Part shown: one piece after another, positions 36,489-46,040 of the stretch
How the letters are laid out: every line of letters starts with the position of its first letter
How positions within the stretch are numbered: the stretch's first letter is position 1
Assembly: GCA_963798485.1 (NCBI GenBank)
Contig: CAWCTR010000021.1
Location: 64,001-128,000, forward strand
Length of the DNA: 64,000 bases
Reading direction: 5' to 3'
From: an uncultured delta proteobacterium
GTDB lineage: Bacteria > Desulfobacterota > Desulfomonilia > UBA1062
The notes under the pieces: model-generated
Database searches by the model: none
What the model saw: the letters and a program-made list of their open reading frames with translations, nothing else
What the model was told of the DNA's origin: nothing
Translations under genes and position numbers: made by a program

Positions 36489-38009
36489 ATGATGCCGTTC
36501 TGTTACGAAGACCTTGAAGTGCTGCACGACCTGGCAAAGATACTTGCAACCACGGTTGATCTGAGGGAACAGCTTGAGAAGGTGCTCAACGAGCTGAGCT
36601 CCGGAACAGGTATGAACAGGGCTATGATCTCCATACTTGACCGTGATACGGGAATGGCCATCCTTGATGTAGCGCATGGTGTTGAAATCGATGGTCTGGA
36701 TATAACCTATATGCCCGGCGAGGGTATCACCGGTCAGGTGGCCCAGACCGGCAAGCCCATGGTCATCACCAACCTTGGCAAGGATAAACATTTTCTCGAC
36801 CGGACCGGTGCCCGTCGGGGGCTCAACCAGTCTGAGCTCTCATTCCTGTGCGTCCCGATTATATATGACGATAAGGTTGTGGGGGTTCTTTCAGCAGACA
36901 AGGTTGCCCGGGAGGTTGACAACCAGGAGTATGAGCTGCAGCTCTTAGGCGAGGTGGCTGAGCTTATTGCCAAGGCGGTACATATGCGGGCCATTGAGGA
37001 GGAGAACCGCAGGCTGCGGAATATACTAGGTAAAACCCAGAGACCCTCTGATGACATCATAGGCAATTCCAAAACCATGAAGGAAGTCTTTGGTCTTATT
37101 TCACAAGTAGCCGATTCCGGCACCACAGTGTTCATCCATGGAGAGACCGGCACGGGAAAAGAACTCGTGGCACGTGCCATTCACAAGAACAGCCCCAGGG
37201 AAAAAGGGCCTTTTGTAGAAGTAAACTGTGCGGCAATGCCGGATACCCTTATTGAGAGTGAGTTGTTTGGGCATGAAAGGGGGGCCTTCACAGGGGCGAA
37301 TCAGAAAAGGCGCGGGCGTTTCGAGGAAGCAAACGGCGGGACTATCTTCCTTGACGAGGTAGGAGAGCTTTCCCCTTTGGCCCAGGCCAAACTTTTAAGG
37401 GTGATTCAGGAAAGGCAATTTCAACCCCTTGGCTCAAACAGCATGGTCAAGGTAAATGTGAGGATAATTACCGCTACGAACAGTGATCTGGCCCAGGATG
37501 TCGCCTCAGGGAAATTCAGATCGGACCTTTATTACAGGCTTAACGTTTTTCCCATCTACATGCCTCCTCTGCGGGATAGGGGAGGGGATGTTATCCTGCT
37601 CTCAGACTACTTTGTTGAGAAATACTCGAAGCAGTTCAAGAAATCTATAAAACGCATTTCCACCCCGGCCATAGACCTTCTGCTCGCATATCACTGGCCC
37701 GGCAATGTGAGAGAGCTTGAAAACTGCCTTGAAAGGGCGGTTCTCATCACCAGGAATGATACCATTGACAGCATGCATCTTCCCCCCTCCCTGCAAATGA
37801 AGGTGGCTATCCCTGAAAGGAAAGAGCATGGCAAGCTGACAAGCCTGGTAAACATATACGAACGGTCATTAATCATTGATGCGATGAAGACCGCCAAAGG
37901 CAACCAAAGCCAGGCAGCCAGACTTCTCGGTACGACCAAGCGCATTATCCAATATAAGGTTGAGAAGTACTCCATTGATACAAAGAGGTTTAAATTAAAA
38001 AAGACATAA
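36489..38009 (+). CDS. GAF-AAA+-Fis sigma54 activator (NifA-like), paralogue 2
   Basis: Same architecture and long identical stretches with 14474-16012; ESELFGHERGAFTGA; start set at ATG 36489 by alignment with the paralogue. Confidence 0.94.
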   Translation: MMPFCYEDLEVLHDLAKILATTVDLREQLEKVLNELSSGTGMNRAMISILDRDTGMAILDVAHGVEIDGLDITYMPGEGITGQVAQTGKPMVITNLGKDKHFLDRTGARRGLNQSELSFLCVPIIYDDKVVGVLSADKVAREVDNQEYELQLLGEVAELIAKAVHMRAIEEENRRLRNILGKTQRPSDDIIGNSKTMKEVFGLISQVADSGTTVFIHGETGTGKELVARAIHKNSPREKGPFVEVNCAAMPDTLIESELFGHERGAFTGANQKRRGRFEEANGGTIFLDEVGELSPLAQAKLLRVIQERQFQPLGSNSMVKVNVRIITATNSDLAQDVASGKFRSDLYYRLNVFPIYMPPLRDRGGDVILLSDYFVEKYSKQFKKSIKRISTPAIDLLLAYHWPGNVRELENCLERAVLITRNDTIDSMHLPPSLQMKVAIPERKEHGKLTSLVNIYERSLIIDAMKTAKGNQSQAARLLGTTKRIIQYKVEKYSIDTKRFKLKKT

Positions 38010-38175
38010 ATGTATCAATTGAACCCTTCTGCACAATAATGATTTGTTATACGTGCCGTACTTTCGCAATAAATTATTCTAAAAAAGTGTATTCATAAAT
38101 AATTTTGTATGTAACTAACAATGATTAAATAAGAAACCCCCAATAAATGATGAACTGCGATGTATCCTTGAATCG

Positions 38176-38190
38176 TGGCATGGTTTTGGC
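38176..38190 (+). promoter_or_regulatory. Sigma54 promoter of the glutamate synthase(-glnA) operon
   Basis: TGGCATGGTTTTGGC (GG-N10-GC), 41 nt before ATG 38232. Confidence 0.75.
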
Positions 38191-38231
38191 TATCTTATAA
38201 TATAAAAAGATCATAAATAGGAGGACCGACA

Positions 38232-39362
38232 ATGTGCCGTCTGTTTGCCATGACCAGTGAAGAACCGAAATCACCTCTGGTGGCATTACAGGCCTTGGAT
38301 GTGATGAAGGAAGGCCATGACGGCTCCGGTGTGGGAATATTCATGACTGATCTGGGTGGAGACCTGGAGCAGTTCAAGGGTTCGCCTATTCTTTCAGGGA
38401 TCTTCTCCCAGGAAGGAATCAAAAGGCTGGACCGGTATATGATGGAGCTTGGCCTGCTTACTAAATTCAAATTCTCCATACGCCCATCCAAAAAGCCCCC
38501 TGAAGGGACACCGAAGCGGGATGTCTATCTCGTCCGTGTATATGAGTATCCCTATGAATGGGATGGGCTCTCGATCTCTGAAATAGAAAATCGTCTTATG
38601 CAGATAAGGGTTGATCTCAGGAAAATGGGTGAGGAAGACCAGTCCATAGTGATCTTTTCCTTCTGGCCCGATGTGATCATGATCAAAGAGGTTGGAGACC
38701 CCATGGACATAGCTGAATACCTCGGTCTCGACCTTAAGGGTCTCAAGGCGAGAATTATCCTTGCCCAAGGCAGACAGAACACGAATTACGATATTACCCT
38801 GTATGCCTGCCACCCGTTTTTTATTCAGGGTTTCGCAACCATGACCAATGGTGAGAACACGGCGTTTATCCCTAACAAGGAGTATCTCATCTCCAGGGGA
38901 ATTCCAGGATACATGGGCTACCAATCGGATTCCGAGGTATTTACCCATATCCTCCATTATACACAGAATGTTCTTGGTCTCGGGCTTCAAGAGTATAAGC
39001 ACATCATAACACCTCTGAGGGATGAAGAACTCGTAAGGCATCCCGACGGATCTTTTTTGCGAAAGCTCAAACATTCTTGCAGGTTCCTCACTATTGACGG
39101 GCCGAACTGCATCATTGGGTGCCTTCCAAACAAGACACTTTTTATGGTCCAGGACAGCAAGAAGCTCAGGCCCGGGATAGTGGGAGGGAAGCCCGGCATG
39201 TTCGCCTTCTCTTCAGAGATGTGCGGCTTGGATAAAGCAATACCCGGCCACGAAAGGATCTCTGAGTTTCAGCCCATGAAGTATGATGTGGCGTATGTTG
39301 ACTCTGCGCGTTCAGAGGTAAAGAAATGGAATCAATGGGAAACCTGCACCCCTCTTCATTAA
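38232..39362 (+). CDS. Split glutamate synthase, glutamine amidotransferase subunit
   Basis: N-terminal MCRL, GHDGSG, RQNTN, HPF, NGEN, SDSE, DGP, LRP, SSE. Confidence 0.88.
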   Translation: MCRLFAMTSEEPKSPLVALQALDVMKEGHDGSGVGIFMTDLGGDLEQFKGSPILSGIFSQEGIKRLDRYMMELGLLTKFKFSIRPSKKPPEGTPKRDVYLVRVYEYPYEWDGLSISEIENRLMQIRVDLRKMGEEDQSIVIFSFWPDVIMIKEVGDPMDIAEYLGLDLKGLKARIILAQGRQNTNYDITLYACHPFFIQGFATMTNGENTAFIPNKEYLISRGIPGYMGYQSDSEVFTHILHYTQNVLGLGLQEYKHIITPLRDEELVRHPDGSFLRKLKHSCRFLTIDGPNCIIGCLPNKTLFMVQDSKKLRPGIVGGKPGMFAFSSEMCGLDKAIPGHERISEFQPMKYDVAYVDSARSEVKKWNQWETCTPLH

Positions 39363-40960
39363 GCATTCGCGATTTGCTATGGCGGGTACTGTGGGATAAA
39401 GAAAAATGCACCCTGTGCGGCAAGTGCACTGCAGTCTGCCCGGTGCGTGCCATTGAGCTGGGGGTACATCGCAAGCGTACTCTTGACATACAAATCGGTC
39501 TCACAACGACACCATCCAACCTCCTAACGGTATATCACGGCATAGATCAGGTAACAGACCCCTTACATGCCTGTATCGGATGCGGTATGTGCACGTATGT
39601 ATGCCCTAACAGCGCAATATTTCCCGTTCGAGACGACGAGATTGACAAGCTCAGATTCCATCTCAACAAGGGAGGTGAACCGAGGCGCAGGGGCGGGAGA
39701 AGAAATGATTCAGGGGGCATCCTTGACCGCATAAAGTTCATCAGGATCTCCATGCTCACCGACCCTGCCTTGGATGCCGGCCGTCATGAGTTCGAAGTGA
39801 GAACGCTGCTCGGAAGGATCCTCCCTCCGGAGGACTCTATAAAGGCTACAGCTAAAAATGAATGGATCCCACCTGTACGAGAGATCTACCCCCTCATAAT
39901 AGGCAGCATGTCTTTTGGCGCCCTGTCTCCCAATATGTGGGAAGGGCTCCAGATGGGTGTTGCATATCTCAACGAGGAGCTTGGTATGCCGGTAAGGATG
40001 TGCACAGGGGAGGGAGGTTGTCCCCCGCGCCTTTTGAAATCGAGATTCATCAAGTATGTCATCCTCCAGATTGCCAGCGGCTATTTCGGATGGGATGAGA
40101 TCCTGCATGCCCTGCCGGAGATGAAGGAAGATCCTTGCGCTATCGAGATAAAGTATGGACAGGGGGCTAAACCCGGGGATGGCGGCCTCCTCATGTGGTA
40201 CAAGGTCAACAAGCTCATCGCTGCCATACGCGGGGTGCCTGAGGGTATAAACCTGCCGTCACCCCCTACACATCAGACCAAATATTCCATAGAGGAAGCG
40301 GTGGCAAAGATGATACAGTCAATGTATATGGCATGGGGATTCAGGGTGCCGGTGTACCCGAAGATTTCAGCCACCACCACTTCATTGGCCGTTCTGAACA
40401 ATCTAGCTCGAAACCCTTATGCTGCGGGCCTGGCCATTGATGGAGAGGATGGTGGCACCGGGGCGGCTTACAACGTATCCATGAATCACATGGGTCATCC
40501 CATCGCAAGCAACATCAGGGACGCCTACTTGAACCTCGTCAAGATCGGCAAGCAGAACGAGATCCCCTTGTTTGCAGGGGGAGGTATCGGCAAGAACGGA
40601 AATTTGGCAGCCAATGCTGCAGCGCTTATTATGCTGGGTGCAAGCGGAGTTCAGGTAGGAAAATACATCATGCAGGCAGCAAGCGGTTGCGTAGGTTCCG
40701 AAGGAGATCGATGCAACATCTGCAACATGGACCTATGCCCCAAGGGCATCACTTCGCAAGATCCCCGCCTCTATCGCAGGCTGGATCCCGAGGATGTTGC
40801 ACAGAGGTTGGTGGACATATATAAAAGCTTCGATTCTGAACTCAAGAAGATCCTTGCGCCGCTTGGCAGGTCAACAGCCCTGCCCATAGGCATGTCTGAT
40901 GCCATTGGCATCGACGACCGTGAAGTGGCGGATCGCTTGGGCTTACGGTATGTTGTATAG
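39326..40960 (+). CDS. Split glutamate synthase, ferredoxin plus FMN-binding subunit
   Basis: Two CxxCxxCxxxCP, MSFGALS, TGEGG, QIASG.FG, EIKYGQGAKPG.GG, DG..GGTGA, CP.GITSQDP; start may be 39335. Confidence 0.9.
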   Translation: MESMGNLHPSSLSIRDLLWRVLWDKEKCTLCGKCTAVCPVRAIELGVHRKRTLDIQIGLTTTPSNLLTVYHGIDQVTDPLHACIGCGMCTYVCPNSAIFPVRDDEIDKLRFHLNKGGEPRRRGGRRNDSGGILDRIKFIRISMLTDPALDAGRHEFEVRTLLGRILPPEDSIKATAKNEWIPPVREIYPLIIGSMSFGALSPNMWEGLQMGVAYLNEELGMPVRMCTGEGGCPPRLLKSRFIKYVILQIASGYFGWDEILHALPEMKEDPCAIEIKYGQGAKPGDGGLLMWYKVNKLIAAIRGVPEGINLPSPPTHQTKYSIEEAVAKMIQSMYMAWGFRVPVYPKISATTTSLAVLNNLARNPYAAGLAIDGEDGGTGAAYNVSMNHMGHPIASNIRDAYLNLVKIGKQNEIPLFAGGGIGKNGNLAANAAALIMLGASGVQVGKYIMQAASGCVGSEGDRCNICNMDLCPKGITSQDPRLYRRLDPEDVAQRLVDIYKSFDSELKKILAPLGRSTALPIGMSDAIGIDDREVADRLGLRYVV

Positions 40961-41018
40961 AAAAGAAAACCAGACGAGATACTCATGGAATTATAGGAAA
41001 TCACTTTAGGTATTCACA

Positions 41019-43355
41019 ATGATTCAACATGGAAAAATAGTAATATCCGGCATGGAAGATGGTAAGAGGGTGCAATCCCGTATCCTTGAAGAGCGCATCC
41101 AGGATGCTGTACAAAGCGGCTGCCTCAATATAGAGATCGAGGCCTTCGGTCAGCATGGTATCGGCGGAAGGCTCTGGAATACCAATTCTGAACAGGTCAA
41201 GGTGGATATCCACGGATATCCGGGCCAGCGCGTAGGCGCCATGGGCTCCCCATGTACTACCATAGAAGTACACGCACCGGCCTCCGATGATGTAGGCTGG
41301 CTGAATGCCGGGTCCCGCATCATTGTTCACGGCAATGCAACCAACGGCGTAGCCAATGCCATGGCCCAGGGGAAGATATACATCGGGGGAGATATCGGAG
41401 CCAGGGGCATGACCATGACCAAGAGCAACCCGCGTTTTGACCCTCCCGAACTCTGGGTGCTTGGTGGAGCGGGTGACTCCTTTGCCGAATTCATGGCCGG
41501 CGGCATTGCCGTAGTATGCGGGTCCGGGTCTCAATACAAGAAGAACATACTGGGCCACCGTCCGTGTGTCGGCATGGTCGGGGGAAAGATCTTCTTCAAG
41601 GGGACACAAAAGAGCTTTAGTGAGGCTGATGCCAGGCTCGTCCGCATCACGGATGATGAATGGAACTGGCTGAAGGAGAATTTGAAGGAATTTCTCAAGG
41701 CCGTTCATAAAAGCGAGATATATGATCTCCTCACCATGGACCGGGCCTTGTGGCAGCTCCTGACGGCACGGAGACCATCCGAGAAAGTCACCTCCAGGAG
41801 GCTTACCATAAGCCAGTTTCGTAAGGATGTGTGGGAGAGAGAACTTGGAAAAGGTGGACTTATCGGTGACCTTACGGATATCGACAGAAGCCCTGTAGCC
41901 CTTATTGCCACTGGAGAAATGCGCAGATTCGTCCCTTTATGGGAAAATGGGAAATACCTGCCGCCATGCCAGACGAGCTGTCCGACCGGGATACCGGTTC
42001 AGCAACGGTGGACGCATATCAGGAAAGGTGAGGTGGATAAGGCTGTGGATCTCTCCCTTCAATACACCCCTTTCCCCACCACTGTCTGCGGTTATCTGTG
42101 CCCGAATCTGTGCATGAAAAGCTGTACCCGGGCTGTGAATAACCTTGCCGCAATCGATATAACACTCCTGGGCAAGGCGAGCCTTGATGCCAAAGAACCA
42201 ACACCCTTGGCCCCCACGGGTAGGAAGGTAGCTATTATCGGCGGCGGACCTGCAGGGCTCTCAGTGGCATGGCAGCTCTGGATGAAAGGTCATGAACCCG
42301 TGGTGTTTGACCGTTCTGATGACCTCGGCGGCAAGATCAGGAGTGTCATCCCTTTCAGCAGGATCCCCAAGGACGTATTCGAGCACGAGCTTAATAGGGT
42401 TACAAAAAAGATCACGAGACAAAAGATTGAAGGTGATGGTATCACTGAAGAGCTTTTTATGGACATACGCGACCGCTATGAGTATACGGTCATAGCAGTA
42501 GGTGCGCAAAACCCGAAGGGACTGAAATTCAAGGGACATGAGAAGACCATCTCAGCCCTTGAATTTTTGGAGCATGCCAAGAGAGACAAGATCGAAGTGG
42601 GTAAGAACGTAGTCATTATTGGGGCAGGAAATGTTGGGTGCGATGCCGCTACTGAGGCAAGACGCCTCGGTGCAAACAATATTACCCTCATCGATATACA
42701 GAAACCTGCTTCATTTGGAGCGGAACGCGCAGCGGCTGAGGCCATCGGTGCGAAATTCATGTGGCCGGTTTCCATCGAATCCATTACAAAGAAAAGTGTG
42801 GCGCTCTCCACTGGTGAAGTCATACCGGCCGATACTGTAGTTGTATCCATCGGGGACCAACCTGACTTGAGCTTTTTGCCTGATTCCATAGATACCGAAA
42901 AGGGGTTTATAAAGGTAAACGATTCATTCCAGACCTCTGATCCGCAGGTTTTCGCCATCGGCGACAGCGTTAGGCTGGGACTCATTACAGACGCCATCGG
43001 CGCCGGAAGGAGGGTCGCTAACACCATCGATACGTTCATAAGAGGCCTGGAAGAGGAGTACGACCGGTTGCCAACCATAAATCCGGAGCGCATCAAACTG
43101 GAATACTATGACCCCCGCATCAAGGATTTAACCGATATACAAACCTGTTCTTCACAATGCGCATCCTGCGGAGGATGCCGCGACTGCGGGCTCTGTGAAA
43201 CCTTGTGCCCGGAGCAGGCCATCTCCAGGAGGTCGCTTAAGGATGATGCATATGAGTATGTGGTGGATGATGATCGTTGCATCGGCTGTGGTTTCTGTGC
43301 AGGCGCATGCCCATGCGGTATCTGGGAATTAAAGGAGAATAACCCAATAGGGTAA
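41019..43355 (+). CDS. Split glutamate synthase, GXGXG plus GltD-like FAD/NAD(P)H plus ferredoxin subunit
   Basis: N-terminal GXGXG (GQHGIGG, HGNA.NG, AEFMAGG), C...CP.GIP...CG..CP..C...C.R, GGGPAG, GAGNVG.D, C-terminal 4Fe-4S motifs. Confidence 0.88.
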   Translation: MIQHGKIVISGMEDGKRVQSRILEERIQDAVQSGCLNIEIEAFGQHGIGGRLWNTNSEQVKVDIHGYPGQRVGAMGSPCTTIEVHAPASDDVGWLNAGSRIIVHGNATNGVANAMAQGKIYIGGDIGARGMTMTKSNPRFDPPELWVLGGAGDSFAEFMAGGIAVVCGSGSQYKKNILGHRPCVGMVGGKIFFKGTQKSFSEADARLVRITDDEWNWLKENLKEFLKAVHKSEIYDLLTMDRALWQLLTARRPSEKVTSRRLTISQFRKDVWERELGKGGLIGDLTDIDRSPVALIATGEMRRFVPLWENGKYLPPCQTSCPTGIPVQQRWTHIRKGEVDKAVDLSLQYTPFPTTVCGYLCPNLCMKSCTRAVNNLAAIDITLLGKASLDAKEPTPLAPTGRKVAIIGGGPAGLSVAWQLWMKGHEPVVFDRSDDLGGKIRSVIPFSRIPKDVFEHELNRVTKKITRQKIEGDGITEELFMDIRDRYEYTVIAVGAQNPKGLKFKGHEKTISALEFLEHAKRDKIEVGKNVVIIGAGNVGCDAATEARRLGANNITLIDIQKPASFGAERAAAEAIGAKFMWPVSIESITKKSVALSTGEVIPADTVVVSIGDQPDLSFLPDSIDTEKGFIKVNDSFQTSDPQVFAIGDSVRLGLITDAIGAGRRVANTIDTFIRGLEEEYDRLPTINPERIKLEYYDPRIKDLTDIQTCSSQCASCGGCRDCGLCETLCPEQAISRRSLKDDAYEYVVDDDRCIGCGFCAGACPCGIWELKENNPIG

Positions 43356-43417
43356 ATAGCGGAAATTTACCGGTGTGGATATGTCTATAAAATAATAATA
43401 TTATGGAGGACGGGTAC

Positions 43418-44749
43418 ATGTTCAATTGTAAGACAAGTAATGACGTACTCAAGGCAGTGAAGGAACATAAGGTCAGCTTTATTCAGTTCTGGTTCACCGA
43501 TGTTCTTGGCAGGCTTAAAAGCTTCAATATCACGCCATCAGAACTTGAGGAAGGGCTCGAAGAGGGCATGGGGTTTGATGGTTCATCCATAGAGGGTTTT
43601 GCCCGCATCCATGAGAGCGATATGATCGCCAAGCCCGATGTAACGACCTTCCAGCTGGTGCCTTGGAGGCCTTCGGAAAAGCCGGTTGCACGCATGATCT
43701 GTGATATCCTGAACCCTGACGGTACACCGTATGATGGTGACCCGCGCTATGCACTGAAAAGGGTGATCAAGAAGGCAACAGACAAGGGTTACACCTGTTA
43801 CCTGGGACCGGAGCTTGAATATTTCTACTTTGCCGATGACAAGGGCACTCAGATCCTTGACAAGGGCGGCTATTTCGACGGTCTTCCCATTGATGCAGGC
43901 ACCGAGATGAGGAGAGAGACCATCTTCGCACTCCAGAGCATGGGCTATGGCGTTGAGTACAGCCACCACGAGGTCGCTCCCTCCCAGCACGAGATCGATC
44001 TGAAGTACGCAGATGCCCTCAGGATGGCCGATATCGTCATGACCTACCGCACGGCAGTAAAAGAGATCGCCCGTCAGAAAGGCGTATACGCAACCTTCAT
44101 GCCCAAGCCCATAGCAGGCGAGAACGGCAGCGGCATGCACGTGCACCAGTCCCTGTTCAAGGGTAAGGAAAACGCCTTCTTCGATGCCAAAGATAAATAT
44201 CATCTTTCAAAAATCGGAAAATACTATATCGCCGGTATGCTGATACACGCACCTGAGATCTGCGCCGTCACGAGCCAGTGGGTGAACTCCTACAAGAGGC
44301 TTGTCCCGGGCTATGAAGCCCCTGTTTATGTATCCTGGGCCCGTAGAAACCGCTCAGCCATGGTGAGGGTCCCCATGTACAAACCGGGCAAGGCCAATGC
44401 CACAAGGGCTGAGTTCAGGGCACCTGACCCTGCCTGCAATCCGTACCTGGCATTTGCGGTACAGCTCGCTGCAGGCCTCGAAGGCATTGACAAGAAATAT
44501 GTTCTGCCCGAACCGATTGAAGAGGATATTTTCGAGATGGATGAGAAGGCACGCAAGAAGGCAGGCATTACTTCACTGCCCGGCAGTCTCTTCGAGGCTA
44601 TCCAGGAAGTCTCCAAGAGCAAGCTTGTGAGGACTGCCCTTGGCGATCATATCTTCGAGAAGTTCATAGAGAACAAGAAGAAGGAGTGGGACGCATTCCG
44701 GATTCATGTCAGCAAGTATGAGATTGACACGTATCTCCCTGTGCTATAG
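43418..44749 (+). CDS. glnA: Glutamine synthetase type I
   Basis: FDGSSI.GF..I.ESDM, GPELE, HHEVAP.QHEID, TFMPKP..GENGSGMH.HQS, NSYKRLVPGYEAP, RNRSA, EFR.PDP..NPYLA; start ATG 43418 after GGAGGA. Confidence 0.96.
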   Translation: MFNCKTSNDVLKAVKEHKVSFIQFWFTDVLGRLKSFNITPSELEEGLEEGMGFDGSSIEGFARIHESDMIAKPDVTTFQLVPWRPSEKPVARMICDILNPDGTPYDGDPRYALKRVIKKATDKGYTCYLGPELEYFYFADDKGTQILDKGGYFDGLPIDAGTEMRRETIFALQSMGYGVEYSHHEVAPSQHEIDLKYADALRMADIVMTYRTAVKEIARQKGVYATFMPKPIAGENGSGMHVHQSLFKGKENAFFDAKDKYHLSKIGKYYIAGMLIHAPEICAVTSQWVNSYKRLVPGYEAPVYVSWARRNRSAMVRVPMYKPGKANATRAEFRAPDPACNPYLAFAVQLAAGLEGIDKKYVLPEPIEEDIFEMDEKARKKAGITSLPGSLFEAIQEVSKSKLVRTALGDHIFEKFIENKKKEWDAFRIHVSKYEIDTYLPVL

Positions 44750-44762
44750 ATGATGACCTTAC

Positions 44763-44788
44763 CTGCCCGGGCACATACGTCCGGGCAG
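44763..44788 (+). terminator. Hairpin after glnA (terminator or mRNA stabiliser)
   Basis: CTGCCCGGGC-acatac-GTCCGGGCAG, weak U tract. Confidence 0.4.
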
Positions 44789-44832
44789 CTTAATAATAAA
44801 AAAGAAGAGAGCACTTTACAGGAGTCGGGCAG

Positions 44833-45975
44833 TTGTTTGGAAAGCTGAAGAATCCCGCAGTTCTGGTACTTGAGGATGGTGCCATTTTTCGTGGGAGTGC
44901 TTTTGCCGGTACAGGAGACTGCCTTGGAGAGGTCGTTTTCAATACCGGCATGACCGGCTACCAGGAAATTCTTACCGACCCATCGTATAAAGAACAAATC
45001 CTTGTCATGACCTATCCCCTTATGGGGAATTACGGGATCAGTGTCGAAGACATGGAATCTGAGCGTATCCACATGGAAGGGTTCATTGTAAGGGAATATC
45101 AATATTATCCAAGCAATTGGCGTTGCCGAAAAACATTGCAAGAATTCCTCGAAGACAATGGCAAGATAGGCGTTGAAGATATAGATACCAGGGCATTGAC
45201 GCGCCGTATCCGCACCCAAGGGGCCATGCGTGGTATAATCTCCACGAGGGTAGGGCACACAGACGAGCTCCTTGAAAAACTCCGCGAATACCCCGGGCTC
45301 GTAGGCAGAGATATCGTGAAGGATGTCACCTGTTCGGCGCCTTATATCTGGCGTGACAATGCAAAAGTGACCATTGAAGCCCTGTCCACAAAATCAAACA
45401 GGCTTCGCGTGGTGGTATTGGACTGCGGGGTCAAGCTCAACATCTTAAGGATGCTCGATGGACATGGCTGTGAAGTTATTGTTGTACCTGCAGGGACTCC
45501 ATCAAAGGCTATTATGTCCATGAGCCCCGACGGTGTGCTCCTCACGAACGGCCCGGGTGACCCGGCACCACTTGCTTATCTGATCGATACTGTGAAAGAA
45601 CTGCTTGGAAGGATCCCCATTTTCGGTATCTGTCTTGGTCATCAAATCCTGGGCCAGGCTGTTGGAGGAAAAACTGCAAAGCTGAAATTCGGACATCACG
45701 GCATTAACCAGCCTGTCAAAAACGTAAAGACAGGCCGGGTGGAGATCTCATCCCAGAATCACGGATTTGTTGTCCTGGCTGAAACATTACCGAAAGATAC
45801 ACAGGTCACTCATATCAATTTAAACGACAATACGCTGGAGGGTCTCGGTTACCCCGGTATGAAGGCCTTCAGTGTGCAGTATCACCCCGAGGCTGCACCC
45901 GGTCCGAAAGATTCCCTCTATCTGTTCCGCGAATTCATCGAACTGATGGAGCAGCATATTGCGAGAGCAGCCTAG
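44833..45975 (+). CDS. carA: Carbamoyl-phosphate synthase small subunit
   Basis: GEVVFNTGMTGYQE.LTDPSY, NGPGDP, GICLGHQ, SQNHGF, QYHPEA.PGP; TTG start after AGGAG. Confidence 0.96.
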   Translation: MFGKLKNPAVLVLEDGAIFRGSAFAGTGDCLGEVVFNTGMTGYQEILTDPSYKEQILVMTYPLMGNYGISVEDMESERIHMEGFIVREYQYYPSNWRCRKTLQEFLEDNGKIGVEDIDTRALTRRIRTQGAMRGIISTRVGHTDELLEKLREYPGLVGRDIVKDVTCSAPYIWRDNAKVTIEALSTKSNRLRVVVLDCGVKLNILRMLDGHGCEVIVVPAGTPSKAIMSMSPDGVLLTNGPGDPAPLAYLIDTVKELLGRIPIFGICLGHQILGQAVGGKTAKLKFGHHGINQPVKNVKTGRVEISSQNHGFVVLAETLPKDTQVTHINLNDNTLEGLGYPGMKAFSVQYHPEAAPGPKDSLYLFREFIELMEQHIARAA

Positions 45976-46001
45976 ACACTTGCCCCATATACCGCTACAA
46001 T
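45973..46001 (+). promoter_or_regulatory. Candidate internal sigma70 promoter for glmS-like/carB
   Basis: TAGACA-17 nt-TACAAT. Confidence 0.45.
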
Positions 46002-46040
46002 GATATACAAGGCAACCCAAGAGGTGGAGGTTGGTGAGCC

